Part shown: one piece after another, positions 27,124 through 35,953 of the stretch
Position numbering within the stretch: the first letter of the stretch is position 1
Layout of the letters: every line of letters starts with the position of its first letter
NCBI GenBank assembly: GCA_947296775.1
Contig: CAMYRF010000001.1
Span: 1-45,420, forward strand
Direction: 5' to 3'
Length of the DNA stretch: 45,420 nucleotides
From: an uncultured Mycoplasmatota bacterium
Lineage (GTDB): Bacteria; Bacillota_I; Bacilli_A; RF39; UBA660
Program-made: the position numbers and the translations under genes
The notes under the pieces: generated by a model
The model's database searches: none
Told to the model about the DNA's origin: nothing
Seen by the model: only the letters and a program-made list of their open reading frames with translations

Positions 27124-27146
27124 ACGTCGTATAAGCGACGTTTTTA
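27124..27146 (+). terminator. Second hairpin plus T-run
   Basis: ACGTCG-TATAAG-CGACGT followed by TTTTT. Confidence 0.5.
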
Positions 27147-27418
27147 TTTACCCTATAATTTACCGCAAACAACGCTTATACGTTAAACAAACCGCCATTT
27201 CAGCTATATAGATTTTATACGTCATTTCCAGCCACTACACACAACGTTTAATATTTTCACCAGCAACTACACCCCTAATACTAAAACAGCCCTCACAATA
27301 GCTAAAAATGAATATTTTTTTACCAAAAATATGAAATTAGCAACCATTTTCCAAATGCACTAATTAATTACTAAGCTCAAAATCCCTATTAATGCGATTT
27401 TCGTCAAATTTTAGTCAC

Positions 27419-27440
27419 AAAAAAACGGAGATTACTCCGT
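27419..27440 (-). terminator. Intrinsic terminator overlapping the terS stop codon
   Basis: Minus strand ACGGAG-TAAT-CTCCGT followed by T7. Confidence 0.65.
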
Positions 27441-28112
27441 TTCTACAACATCTGCATCTATAACCTTTAACAGTTCATCAGCTGATTTAGTTTCACCTAA
27501 ATTATTTTCATGTTTTACAACACTTTCTGTCTGATCTTTCATCCCGTAGTAGTTCTTAGCTCTAAAAATATATGCAACTGGGTTCAGTTTACCATTTACC
27601 AGCAAATTAGCGTCAAAATCAGCTAAAAGTTGTCTAATTCTTTTTGCTATATCATAGCGGTCTAATTCCAATTTTACCTCATTTTCACTCCATTTATGAA
27701 AAGTCTGAGTAGTAACTCCTATAGCTAAAGCACATCCCTCAATAGTAGGTTTCAATTGATTTTTATAACAGTCATTGAAATAGAATTCTACCCGCTGAGC
27801 TATTTCTTCATCAGTCTTAGCTGTTGGAACATTCCAGTATTTAAAAGCATGTTCTAACAGTTTGGCATTTATAGGATCACTTATTGACGATAAACTTGGG
27901 GTATTTGAACGTTTACCCCCCCTAGTTTCTTTAGAATTAACTGGTTCAGTAACACTGTTTATTTTAGTCTTGGTTCTGGCAATATCGTTAAGTGTATATA
28001 ATTTGTCAGGGATATCAATATTAAATTTTTCAGCTCTGACTAATAATGCTTCTTTAGTTCTTGGTTTACGCTTTAATTGTTCAGGTGGCAGTTTTTTAGT
28101 CACTGTCATCAC
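27432..28112 (-). CDS. terS: Terminase small subunit
   Basis: VEFYFNDCYKNQLKPTIEGCALAIGVTTQTFHKW...YIFRAKNYYGMKDQ is a typical TerS pattern. Confidence 0.7.
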   Translation of the reverse strand: MMTVTKKLPPEQLKRKPRTKEALLVRAEKFNIDIPDKLYTLNDIARTKTKINSVTEPVNSKETRGGKRSNTPSLSSISDPINAKLLEHAFKYWNVPTAKTDEEIAQRVEFYFNDCYKNQLKPTIEGCALAIGVTTQTFHKWSENEVKLELDRYDIAKRIRQLLADFDANLLVNGKLNPVAYIFRAKNYYGMKDQTESVVKHENNLGETKSADELLKVIDADVVETE

Positions 28113-28255
28113 ATCCTAATAAATTTAATAATTTATCGTAAATCTCATAACAAATAGGTATTCTGGTATTATTTGTTAAGTAAATTTCTGAAATATTAAA
28201 ATATAAGATTTCATTCGTATTAATGCAAATCCCGTCAAATTCTATAAACTTATTC
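28094..28255 (-). CDS. 53-aa hypothetical protein (below the track cutoff)
   Basis: Hand-translated MNKFIEFDGICINTNEILYF... Overlaps both neighbours in coupled fashion. Confidence 0.4.
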
Positions 28256-28256
28256 A

Positions 28257-28454
28257 TTATTTATTCAGCTCCTTCATAAAGAAATTTCTTTTATAAATAT
28301 CGGACACTTCTAATAAATCGCGAAATTCATCACTATCAGCTACAAAAGTTTGTCCATTTTTCATGTGAACAATATATCTATCAAAAGATGCTTGTTCTAC
28401 AAATGCAATGAAATTAATATCTACTATTTTTTTTCCAACTAAACTGTAAAACAT
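28257..28454 (-). CDS. Hypothetical 65-aa protein
   Basis: AAGGAGG RBS. Confidence 0.55.
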   Translation of the reverse strand: MFYSLVGKKIVDINFIAFVEQASFDRYIVHMKNGQTFVADSDEFRDLLEVSDIYKRNFFMKELNK

Positions 28455-28470
28455 ATTTTTTCCTCCTTAA

Positions 28471-28766
28471 GTACGACAGTACGATTGGTACGGATATTTT
28501 TCGGTCTTTTATATATATTTATATTTTATTATTTTATTATTTTTTATTTTATTTATTTTTATTTTAAACCGTACTATCCGTACTAAATAATAAAAAATAT
28601 ATAAAAAAGTAAGTAAAATCAAGGGTTTTGAGAAGGTACGGATATATTGTTTTTAACTGTACCTGAACCGTATTTTAACCGTACCTAATTAACCACTGTA
28701 TCATAAATTCAATAAAAATATGATTTTATGTATAAAAAGTACGGTTCAAGAATACGGATAAAATGA
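28471..28766. repeat. Putative replication origin: GTACGG/CCGTAC iterons flanking an AT-only tract
   Basis: At least 10 copies of the GTACG(G/A) core in both orientations, including GGTACGGATAT at 28487 and 28635. Positions 28509-28566 contain only A and T. Confidence 0.55.
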
Positions 28767-31187
28767 TTATTTAGGTTGTATCCGCACTATACATTTATCG
28801 TTTTTAATCTTCTTGTTTTGGATATCAGGACGATATTTTTCGGCTAAAGAATTAAATGTTCTTTTAAATGCATTTATTGGTTGCGGTTTAAATGGATAAC
28901 CGTTTTCTTCATACCATCGGCAATATTTTCTATATAATTCCCCGTTTGTCATTATCGAAACTTCATTGTAAATAGTGTTATAATCATTATCCATACTTCG
29001 GGATTCGAGAGTCCAGTCGAATCCCTTAACGAAAACAAGTATAGGATTTTGTGTTTCTTTGTATGCTTCAAGTTGTTCTAATTGATCATCAGGTTCAGTA
29101 AAACGTTTTGTATTTTTAATTATTTTATATCCTTCATACACCCAGTTAAAAATACCTGATAAGTTTTCAAGTGTTGATAGTCTTTCTTCGATTGTTTTAT
29201 CCATTAATTTTTCATTTTTCTTGGTAGGATTTTCCTTGAATGAGTATGGAAAGTTAAGAATACACATTCTGCGTGAAAATCCGTCAGTTAAATCACGTGA
29301 TTTTGGCAGTTCGTTACAAGCAAAGAATGTTTTGCAACGTGGCTCAAAGGTTATGTAATCCTTGCCTTTGAAGCAGGCACTTACCTTATCACCAGCAACA
29401 ATCAGTTTGAAAATTGCATCGTTGTTTTCGGTCGAAGATTTAGTGTCCGCCGATATATTAATTAATTTACCAAGCATATTTATCAACTGGAAATCCTGAT
29501 TAAACGATGTTAGTGGGATGTTTGATATATTTTCATCACCAAACACTTTTTGGAGTATGTTTAGATACACTGATTTGCCATTAGCTCCGCTTCCTACTAA
29601 ATAAAGTGCTTTCTGCATAGTGTTTTTTGGAAATAACACATATCCTGAATATTCCTGAAGCAGTTGTGTTTTTTTTGAATCATCGAATAAAGAATCGATA
29701 AAACTATCCCAGTCTTTAGAATGAACTTCTGGTTTATACGGATACGACAGTTCATAGGATAGAAAATCATTCTCACGATGTTCACGTAATATACCCGTTT
29801 CTATTTCAAAAGTACCATTAATGAAATTAATAAGCGGTTTTTCATTAGGAATTTGTTCTGTAGAAGTTTCAGCTTTAATGATGCCTAACACTGAATTTAA
29901 ACGTGAATTTGTTGCAACTCTCGGCATTTCTTTACGAATATAACGTTTAACTGTTTCATCTTTTATTTTTTTCCAGTAATGTCCATTATATTCCATGATA
30001 CCTAAAGATGGATTGTTAATGAATTTGTATTTTTTTAATACAACATCAGCCACTTCATCATCGCTTAATGGTTTTAATGCAGATTTTTTTACTTCTTTAA
30101 GCCATTCCTTTGTTGCGTTAGGAAATATATTTTCTCTGATAATGGTATCAAATACCGCAATAATATCTGTGTTTTTAATAAATCTGCGGTTATTTACTAT
30201 AAAATTTTCAAAATCTTCCTCATTTTTGAATAGCTGGCACATTTTCTTGATACCTTCGCTGGCATTTTCGACTAAATGCGATAAATTACCTCCGTCGCAG
30301 TAATAATCTGATATGTCCTTGTATTTTGATGGGAGATTGCATATTTTAAACGGTATATGACGTGTAAATAACTGTTTAGCCATTTTTAATGTAAATCCTT
30401 TACCTGATGTGTCGTTGTCGAATGTCAGCAGAACACAGTCAAAGTTTTTAGCGATATTAAGCATTTCTTTAGTCTGCTTCTTCGAATATGTACCACCAGC
30501 ATTAGCTATTGTTGCGTATCCTTCCTGATAGAACGATAAATAATCAAAAGCTCCCTCAGCTACAACTAATAATGATTTGTCTCTACTGAGAGTATCCAAT
30601 CCAAATAATGAATTATCGTTGAATTCATCTAAATACGGTTTTTTATATTTAGGATTAGTTTTAGTTACTTCCCCTAACGTTCGACCGCAGTAGTAACATA
30701 CATAGCCATTCTTCCACATCGGTATGATTATACGGTTTTCTTCAAATTTGAACCCTATTTTTAATTTGTTTATAGTTTCATCGTTTATATTACGATTATG
30801 TAAATATTTTCGGTGTTCATCGGTTAAATTCCTATGCCACAGCTCGATTTTATTGCATAAATTCTGCGTATATTCATGCCATTTCTGTGAATATTCACTG
30901 TTTGGAAGTGGTATGCCAGTAAATTCGCTAAGATGTTTGATTGCCTGACCTCTGTCCCCGTCATATGAGTGCAATGCCAATAGATCAATGACATCCCCGC
31001 CCTGAGCGTCTGAAAAACTATACCAGTAATCGTCATTAACGATAACTGAATTAGGATTCGACCCTGAGTGGATAAAACTTGGACACCTATCCCCTGATTT
31101 TTGTATAGGAAGTCCTAATGATGAAGCTATCGCAACGCATGATGTTGCGTTTTTGATAGCCTCAAGGGTTAATTTAAAATCATTCAT
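28767..31187 (-). CDS. Bifunctional primase-helicase (DnaG-like Zn-finger and Toprim fused to a D5/P4-type NTPase)
   Basis: Toprim motifs VVAEGAFD and FDNDTSGKG; Walker A GSGANGKS; 806 aa. Confidence 0.85.
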   Translation of the reverse strand: MNDFKLTLEAIKNATSCVAIASSLGLPIQKSGDRCPSFIHSGSNPNSVIVNDDYWYSFSDAQGGDVIDLLALHSYDGDRGQAIKHLSEFTGIPLPNSEYSQKWHEYTQNLCNKIELWHRNLTDEHRKYLHNRNINDETINKLKIGFKFEENRIIIPMWKNGYVCYYCGRTLGEVTKTNPKYKKPYLDEFNDNSLFGLDTLSRDKSLLVVAEGAFDYLSFYQEGYATIANAGGTYSKKQTKEMLNIAKNFDCVLLTFDNDTSGKGFTLKMAKQLFTRHIPFKICNLPSKYKDISDYYCDGGNLSHLVENASEGIKKMCQLFKNEEDFENFIVNNRRFIKNTDIIAVFDTIIRENIFPNATKEWLKEVKKSALKPLSDDEVADVVLKKYKFINNPSLGIMEYNGHYWKKIKDETVKRYIRKEMPRVATNSRLNSVLGIIKAETSTEQIPNEKPLINFINGTFEIETGILREHRENDFLSYELSYPYKPEVHSKDWDSFIDSLFDDSKKTQLLQEYSGYVLFPKNTMQKALYLVGSGANGKSVYLNILQKVFGDENISNIPLTSFNQDFQLINMLGKLINISADTKSSTENNDAIFKLIVAGDKVSACFKGKDYITFEPRCKTFFACNELPKSRDLTDGFSRRMCILNFPYSFKENPTKKNEKLMDKTIEERLSTLENLSGIFNWVYEGYKIIKNTKRFTEPDDQLEQLEAYKETQNPILVFVKGFDWTLESRSMDNDYNTIYNEVSIMTNGELYRKYCRWYEENGYPFKPQPINAFKRTFNSLAEKYRPDIQNKKIKNDKCIVRIQPK

Positions 31188-31314
31188 TACGTGAAAGCGC
31201 CTTTAACTGTTCAGGGGTTAAAGTTTTATATGTTCTATAAATGGAAATTTTTTCTATTGTGTCACATATAATTATTAAGGCAACAATTCCCGCTAATAAA
31301 AATAATGCATTCAT
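31180..31314 (-). CDS. 44-aa small membrane protein
   Basis: TAAGGAGG RBS. Sequence MNALFLLAGIVALIIICDT... Overlaps the primase start. Confidence 0.45.
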   Translation of the reverse strand: MNALFLLAGIVALIIICDTIEKISIYRTYKTLTPEQLKALSRNE

Positions 31315-31328
31315 GTTAATATACCTCC

Positions 31329-31520
31329 TTATGAAAATAGCATTTTAATACCAATAATAACCAAAAACATACCTAAAGACCAAAAAATATTAAATGTTAA
31401 TCCAAAGCAAATACATATCCCCCATATAATCCAAGCTGTTAAGGCAAAATAAATTAATAAATTAAGAATGAATATAAATAAAAAATTCCCCACCTTAATA
31501 TCCTCTATCTTGTCTCTCAT
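31329..31520 (-). CDS. Small membrane protein
   Basis: 63 aa with two hydrophobic helices. Confidence 0.45.
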   Translation of the reverse strand: MRDKIEDIKVGNFLFIFILNLLIYFALTAWIIWGICICFGLTFNIFWSLGMFLVIIGIKMLFS

Positions 31521-31977
31521 GATTGATTTTATTTTTATCTAAATATGTATGATATATTTCGTCCCATGTAAATCCAAAACGGTGTCCTAATTTAAATAAA
31601 TATTCGATTGACATACAGTGTCCAGAAAACGATATAACATTAGATAATTCATTGAATATTTTATTACGTATATAAGGTTCGTTATCAGATATACAGTCAT
31701 TATATGTAAAATCAATCTTAGCATCATTATAATTAAGCAAACTTACTGCGAAATGCAGACAGTCTACATATTCTTCTAAAGCCTTTTCTTTGTTGTCTGC
31801 AGATGTTTTCTTCCAGTACTTAAAATAGGTTGGAAGTTCATTCATCAGCTCTCCCAGTTCAACGAAAAGGGCAATACGTATTTTATCAGCTGGATATTCA
31901 ACACCATTTAAAATGTGTTTATCTAAATCATATTGTTGTTTACGTATATGTTCAAACTGTTCTTTAAATTTATTCAT
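31495..31977 (-). CDS. Dimeric dUTPase / MazG-like nucleotide pyrophosphohydrolase (dUTPase_2-like)
   Basis: LFVELGELMNE...EEYVDCLHF resembles the family's metal-binding motifs. Confidence 0.6.
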   Translation of the reverse strand: MNKFKEQFEHIRKQQYDLDKHILNGVEYPADKIRIALFVELGELMNELPTYFKYWKKTSADNKEKALEEYVDCLHFAVSLLNYNDAKIDFTYNDCISDNEPYIRNKIFNELSNVISFSGHCMSIEYLFKLGHRFGFTWDEIYHTYLDKNKINHERQDRGY

Positions 31978-31983
31978 TTTCTA

Positions 31984-32133
31984 TTACCTCCTTAAATACT
32001 TACTATAGCAGTTGTATCTACAGAATATTAATCCATCTTTTTTGTAAACCCATTCTTTTACATAAGGTATTACAAACAATCTCCCACATATTGGACATTT
32101 TTTTTCAGTGAACTTAAGTGGTCTGCCCGACAT
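31984..32133 (-). CDS. 49-aa zinc-binding small protein
   Basis: Hand-translated: MSGRPLKFTEKKCPICGRLFVIPYVKEWVYKKDGLIFCRYNCYSKYLRR. Confidence 0.45.
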   Translation of the reverse strand: MSGRPLKFTEKKCPICGRLFVIPYVKEWVYKKDGLIFCRYNCYSKYLRR

Positions 32134-32440
32134 ATGTATTATAAATCTGCTCTGCTTGCTCTACTGATCTAACGACAAACACAAGATGTCCTAACTTGCG
32201 TAATTCGTTGTGGAATCTGTCTTGTTTGTCACGAGTTACACCTTTTTTAGTTTTTATTTCATACCATAGCACTTTTCCATTAGGACAGATGATTTCTATA
32301 TCAGGTTCTCCTTCTGTTCCAATGTGAATAGGTATCATGTTTTGAGTATAAAATAACCCAACATTTCTACGCATTGGTATGCATCCTAACTCACTCATTT
32401 TAACCATGATTTCATTTTGTAGTTTTGTTTCAGGATTCAT
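32114..32440 (-). CDS. VRR-NUC domain nuclease
   Basis: GEPDIEII...WYEIKTKKG...DKQ...LGHLVFVVRS fits the VRR-NUC pattern. Confidence 0.7.
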   Translation of the reverse strand: MNPETKLQNEIMVKMSELGCIPMRRNVGLFYTQNMIPIHIGTEGEPDIEIICPNGKVLWYEIKTKKGVTRDKQDRFHNELRKLGHLVFVVRSVEQAEQIYNTYVGQTT

Positions 32441-32522
32441 GGGTTACCTCTCTGAGATAAAAAAAGGTTTATTTAAATGTATATTTTGCAATTCCTTTTC
32501 ACTTGTTCTTTTACATTCTTCT

Positions 32523-32735
32523 TTACTTGGCATCTTCTTTTACCTCTAACAATCCTTGTTTATAATTTTTGCTAAAACGTGATTTTCCATTATTAATCCA
32601 TTTATACCCTTTTGGATTAGTTGTTGCCCCTTTTATTATTTTCCAATCTTTCGGTAACTTGTCATAAACAATCACACCATTTTTACATAATTTTTCTAAC
32701 ACTTCATCAGCAACATTATTTTCCATCAAATCCAC
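32523..32735 (-). CDS. Hypothetical protein
   Basis: ORF from the track, on the early-operon strand. Confidence 0.5.
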   Translation of the reverse strand: MDLMENNVADEVLEKLCKNGVIVYDKLPKDWKIIKGATTNPKGYKWINNGKSRFSKNYKQGLLEVKEDAK

Positions 32736-33097
32736 CCCAGTTCTTTTAATTGTTTATCAATAGCAGTCAATAGTTCAATGTTCATTGCAAAGCCTTTATC
32801 TGTACTGGATATATTTACACCTTTAAATTCATGCCCTTTTGCATCGTTTTCCATAAATAGAATTGTTCTACCTGTCTTAAAATTTTTATACATTAACATA
32901 TCGAGAAAAAATGATTGTTCATACTCTAATTCCTCAAACATTTCTTCAGCACTTAATTCTTCATCTTTAGTTAATATTTTTTTTAGCTTTTTATATTCTT
33001 CAAGAAAATCTTTAACATTTGATATTTTTTCTTCTTTCAACATTTCTTCTAACAAAGCTATTTCATAATCTCTAAGCATCTTCATCACCTTTTTCAA
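32726..33097 (-). CDS. Hypothetical protein (true start possibly the ATG at 33085)
   Basis: ORF from the track; the TTG start is doubtful. Confidence 0.5.
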   Translation of the reverse strand: MKKVMKMLRDYEIALLEEMLKEEKISNVKDFLEEYKKLKKILTKDEELSAEEMFEELEYEQSFFLDMLMYKNFKTGRTILFMENDAKGHEFKGVNISSTDKGFAMNIELLTAIDKQLKELGWI

Positions 33098-33245
33098 AAT
33101 TCACACTAACACTTTTGCCACATCTTATTTTTTCAATAGCGCTAGAACCACATTGTTCGCAAAGCCAATAATTATCTTTATTACCTTTAAAATTAAAATC
33201 CACATCATCCAATTTCATTTCATTACCGCAGTATTTGCATTTCAT
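33072..33245 (-). CDS. 57-aa zinc-ribbon protein
   Basis: MKCKYCGNEM...WLCEQCGSS. ATGA overlap with the upstream ORF. Confidence 0.5.
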   Translation of the reverse strand: MKCKYCGNEMKLDDVDFNFKGNKDNYWLCEQCGSSAIEKIRCGKSVSVNFEKGDEDA

Positions 33246-33472
33246 TTTCTAATCACCTCATATTCTTTACCTTTTAACTCAGTTTTAATTTTTACTGGAT
33301 GCCCTAAAATTGTAGGTACATAGTTTTTCTTTACCTCTCTATATGAGTTGTTTAATGTCATATATGCATACATACAAGGAGAAACATATATAACAAAATC
33401 AGCAGACTTATCAATTATCAGATCATATATTTCATCTACCATGTTATAATAAGTCTTTTTATTTATTTTCAT
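33242..33472 (-). CDS. Hypothetical protein
   Basis: Start reassigned to MKINKK, after a GGAGA RBS. Confidence 0.5.
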   Translation of the reverse strand: MKINKKTYYNMVDEIYDLIIDKSADFVIYVSPCMYAYMTLNNSYREVKKNYVPTILGHPVKIKTELKGKEYEVIRK

Positions 33473-33833
33473 GCTTAAATATCTCCATATCTGTATTTTC
33501 AATCACCTCTACTAATAAAAATTCTTTTGTTATTTTATGTTTGGTCCTGGCACATAATTGTAGATGTTTTGTTGTTAATTTTGGAAAGTAATTATCACGA
33601 ATATACTTAATATTTCCAGTATCAATAATTCGATCTCTGCAATTGTATAAATCATATATCTTGTTTTTTCTAATTCTTAGATTTTTATAACCTAGATTTA
33701 TATAATAATTACCTAAATTACCATGTAACAGTTTTATCATCCTAGTGTTTATATTATTTTCTTTTAATATTCTTTCAGGAGGTAAACTGCCGTATTTTTT
33801 AACAAATTCAGCAATAAATACTTCTTTTTTCAT
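33459..33833 (-). CDS. Hypothetical protein (shortened from the 164-aa track ORF)
   Basis: AAGAGG RBS before MKKEVF. The upstream extension overlaps ORF 33835-34008. Confidence 0.5.
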   Translation of the reverse strand: MKKEVFIAEFVKKYGSLPPERILKENNINTRMIKLLHGNLGNYYINLGYKNLRIRKNKIYDLYNCRDRIIDTGNIKYIRDNYFPKLTTKHLQLCARTKHKITKEFLLVEVIENTDMEIFKHENK

Positions 33834-33834
33834 A

Positions 33835-34008
33835 TTAGTACCTCTTATTGTATGGGTCACTATTCCCACCAACTGCTTCAAACAAACTTTCTTGTTCATA
33901 TCTTTTCTCAAACTTACTACAATGCTTCTTAGTGAGCTGAATTTCCAGCCCACTAAGTTTACATTTATTTTTTATGTTATGTTTACAACACTTGCATATA
34001 TTATTCAT
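33835..34008 (-). CDS. Cys-rich small protein
   Basis: MNNICKCCKHNIKNKCK...HCSKF. Confidence 0.45.
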   Translation of the reverse strand: MNNICKCCKHNIKNKCKLSGLEIQLTKKHCSKFEKRYEQESLFEAVGGNSDPYNKRY

Positions 34009-34038
34009 CAGGATTCCACCCAATATTTAATTTGTCTT

Positions 34039-35379
34039 TCATAGTTTTATTCCTTTTCTTTTAGCAGTAACGAATATCCACTTAGGATTATAGTTACGCT
34101 CTTTCGCAATTCTAATTAAATCTTCCTTAGTCTTAGCCATTCCGACTTCCATTCTTTGCTTTTTCTTATGTTCAGCCATGGCTATTTTTTCTTGTTCGCT
34201 TATCTTTCTTAAGCGAACTTCCTCCATACACTGTAATTCTCTGCCCTTTACTACAAATTCGTGTCCGCAGTAAGGACATTTGTTTGCAGTTTTAAATATT
34301 CTGAAGCAGTTAGGACAGTTCCTGATTGTAAAACTACCATCTTCATTATTTGTTTTATATTTTTTAACTACCCCGCTTAGCGACCATTCTCTATCTTCAT
34401 CAGGTAACCCATGGCGCTGGTAATTGCCAACACAGTCTATTATTACTGCCTTTTTACCATTACCATCAGGAGTTAAAACCCTCATGGCTTGTTGGATATA
34501 TAACGCTAATGACTGTGTAGGTCTTAACAATAAACCTACACTAGCATTTGGCAGTGTAATACCCTCGCTTATAATATTTGCATTACATAATACTGTATAA
34601 TAACCTGAACGATATAAATCCATTATTTTTTTACGTTCAGTTTTATTCATTGATCCGTCGATATGTACTGCTGATATACCAGCGTTAATAAATTCTTCAC
34701 ATACCTTTTGAGAATGTTTAACACCAGCACAGTAGGCAATCGCTTGTCTACTATCACCTAGTCGTTTATAACTTTCGATTACATCGCCATAAATCGCACT
34801 ATTAAACATTAAATCATTAAGTTGCTTACCGTTGTAATCACCAGCCAATGTATCAATCTCGCTTAAATCTAACGCTATGTCAGGTGCGTAATAATCAAAA
34901 TCTGCTATAGCACCCTGATTAATTAAATATTTAACCGATACACCATTAATTAAAGTATCATACAAACTAAGTCTATCTCCATTTAAACGGGTTGGTGTTG
35001 CGCTAAACCCGATGATTATACATCCATAATATTCGGCTATTTTTTTATAACTATTTGCTTCACTTAAATGACATTCATCTATCAAAATTACTAGAGGATT
35101 TTTATGTTCCCCTAAACGATTAACTTCGGTAAAAACTGAAGCTAAACGACATTTATTTAATAATCCCAGACCCTCTATAAGCTCATTATGCTGGTTAAGA
35201 AGCTCGTTTCTGTGCGCCAGGATTAAACTATTACCCTTGCAAGTTTCAATGAACTTAGCCATTACATATGATTTCCCTGAACGACAAGGCAACTGTATCA
35301 GGATACCTCGACTACCATTATTAATGGCCTTTATAGTATCCTGATATACTGCTTCCTGATAATCTCTAAGCTGAATCAT
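34039..35379 (-). CDS. SF2 DEAH-box DNA helicase with a C-terminal zinc ribbon
   Basis: Motif I PCRSGKS, motif II DECH, and CPNC...CPYC. Confidence 0.85.
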   Translation of the reverse strand: MIQLRDYQEAVYQDTIKAINNGSRGILIQLPCRSGKSYVMAKFIETCKGNSLILAHRNELLNQHNELIEGLGLLNKCRLASVFTEVNRLGEHKNPLVILIDECHLSEANSYKKIAEYYGCIIIGFSATPTRLNGDRLSLYDTLINGVSVKYLINQGAIADFDYYAPDIALDLSEIDTLAGDYNGKQLNDLMFNSAIYGDVIESYKRLGDSRQAIAYCAGVKHSQKVCEEFINAGISAVHIDGSMNKTERKKIMDLYRSGYYTVLCNANIISEGITLPNASVGLLLRPTQSLALYIQQAMRVLTPDGNGKKAVIIDCVGNYQRHGLPDEDREWSLSGVVKKYKTNNEDGSFTIRNCPNCFRIFKTANKCPYCGHEFVVKGRELQCMEEVRLRKISEQEKIAMAEHKKKQRMEVGMAKTKEDLIRIAKERNYNPKWIFVTAKRKGIKL

Positions 35380-35381
35380 GT

Positions 35382-35939
35382 TTAGAATTGGATATCATCT
35401 TCTGGGATGTCAAAACTTCCGCTATTACTATCATTAAATGGATTGTTATTTGCTGGTAACTGATTTTTTAACAGTTTCTTTTCTTTAACTTTATAATCGC
35501 CTTTTCTAATTTTATCTGCACTTCTTACTTCATCGACGATAAGTCTTGTTCTTACTTTACCAGCATTAGGACCTTGTTGTGGTATATATTCTTCTTCACG
35601 AAGTACAATACCAATACGTTGTCCTTTTAATTTTTGTTCATCCCAGTTCCATTTAAATGATGAATTTGATTCCTCAACCGCAGTGATAAACCCTTTAAAA
35701 AATGACTGTGCAGTTTCCTTATACGATCTATAGAACGAACCGCCCCAAAAATTCATTGATTTATATAACTCCAAGTAGTAATCCTTATATTGCCCCTCAG
35801 CAATATCAAAACTGATTTTAAGGCATTCTTTTTGCGGGTCATCCTCTACGTTTTTTATTACCGCTACATATCCCCCAGCTGGCAAACTCTCAAATTCTCC
35901 AGCTTCTTTAATTTCATTCCAGTTATTGATTTGTTTCAT
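35382..35939 (-). CDS. DUF669-like protein (partner of the Sak4/Gp157 recombination module)
   Basis: Called from position and N-terminal resemblance to the family. Confidence 0.5.
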   Translation of the reverse strand: MKQINNWNEIKEAGEFESLPAGGYVAVIKNVEDDPQKECLKISFDIAEGQYKDYYLELYKSMNFWGGSFYRSYKETAQSFFKGFITAVEESNSSFKWNWDEQKLKGQRIGIVLREEEYIPQQGPNAGKVRTRLIVDEVRSADKIRKGDYKVKEKKLLKNQLPANNNPFNDSNSGSFDIPEDDIQF

Positions 35940-35953
35940 ATTTTTTTATCTCC

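Noticed and set aside
28509-28566. AT-only microsatellite-like tract (ATTTTATT repeats)
   Set aside because: I considered it as a separate repeat element, but it fits best as the DNA-unwinding element of the iteron-flanked origin.
33459-33953. 164-aa version of the track ORF, and the long N-terminal extensions of ORFs at 21896, 23934, 36556, 39367, 40501, 40876, 41574 and 44045
   Set aside because: In each case the internal ATG is preceded by a good Shine-Dalgarno sequence, whereas the extension overlaps a neighbouring gene or promoter region. The starts were reassigned.
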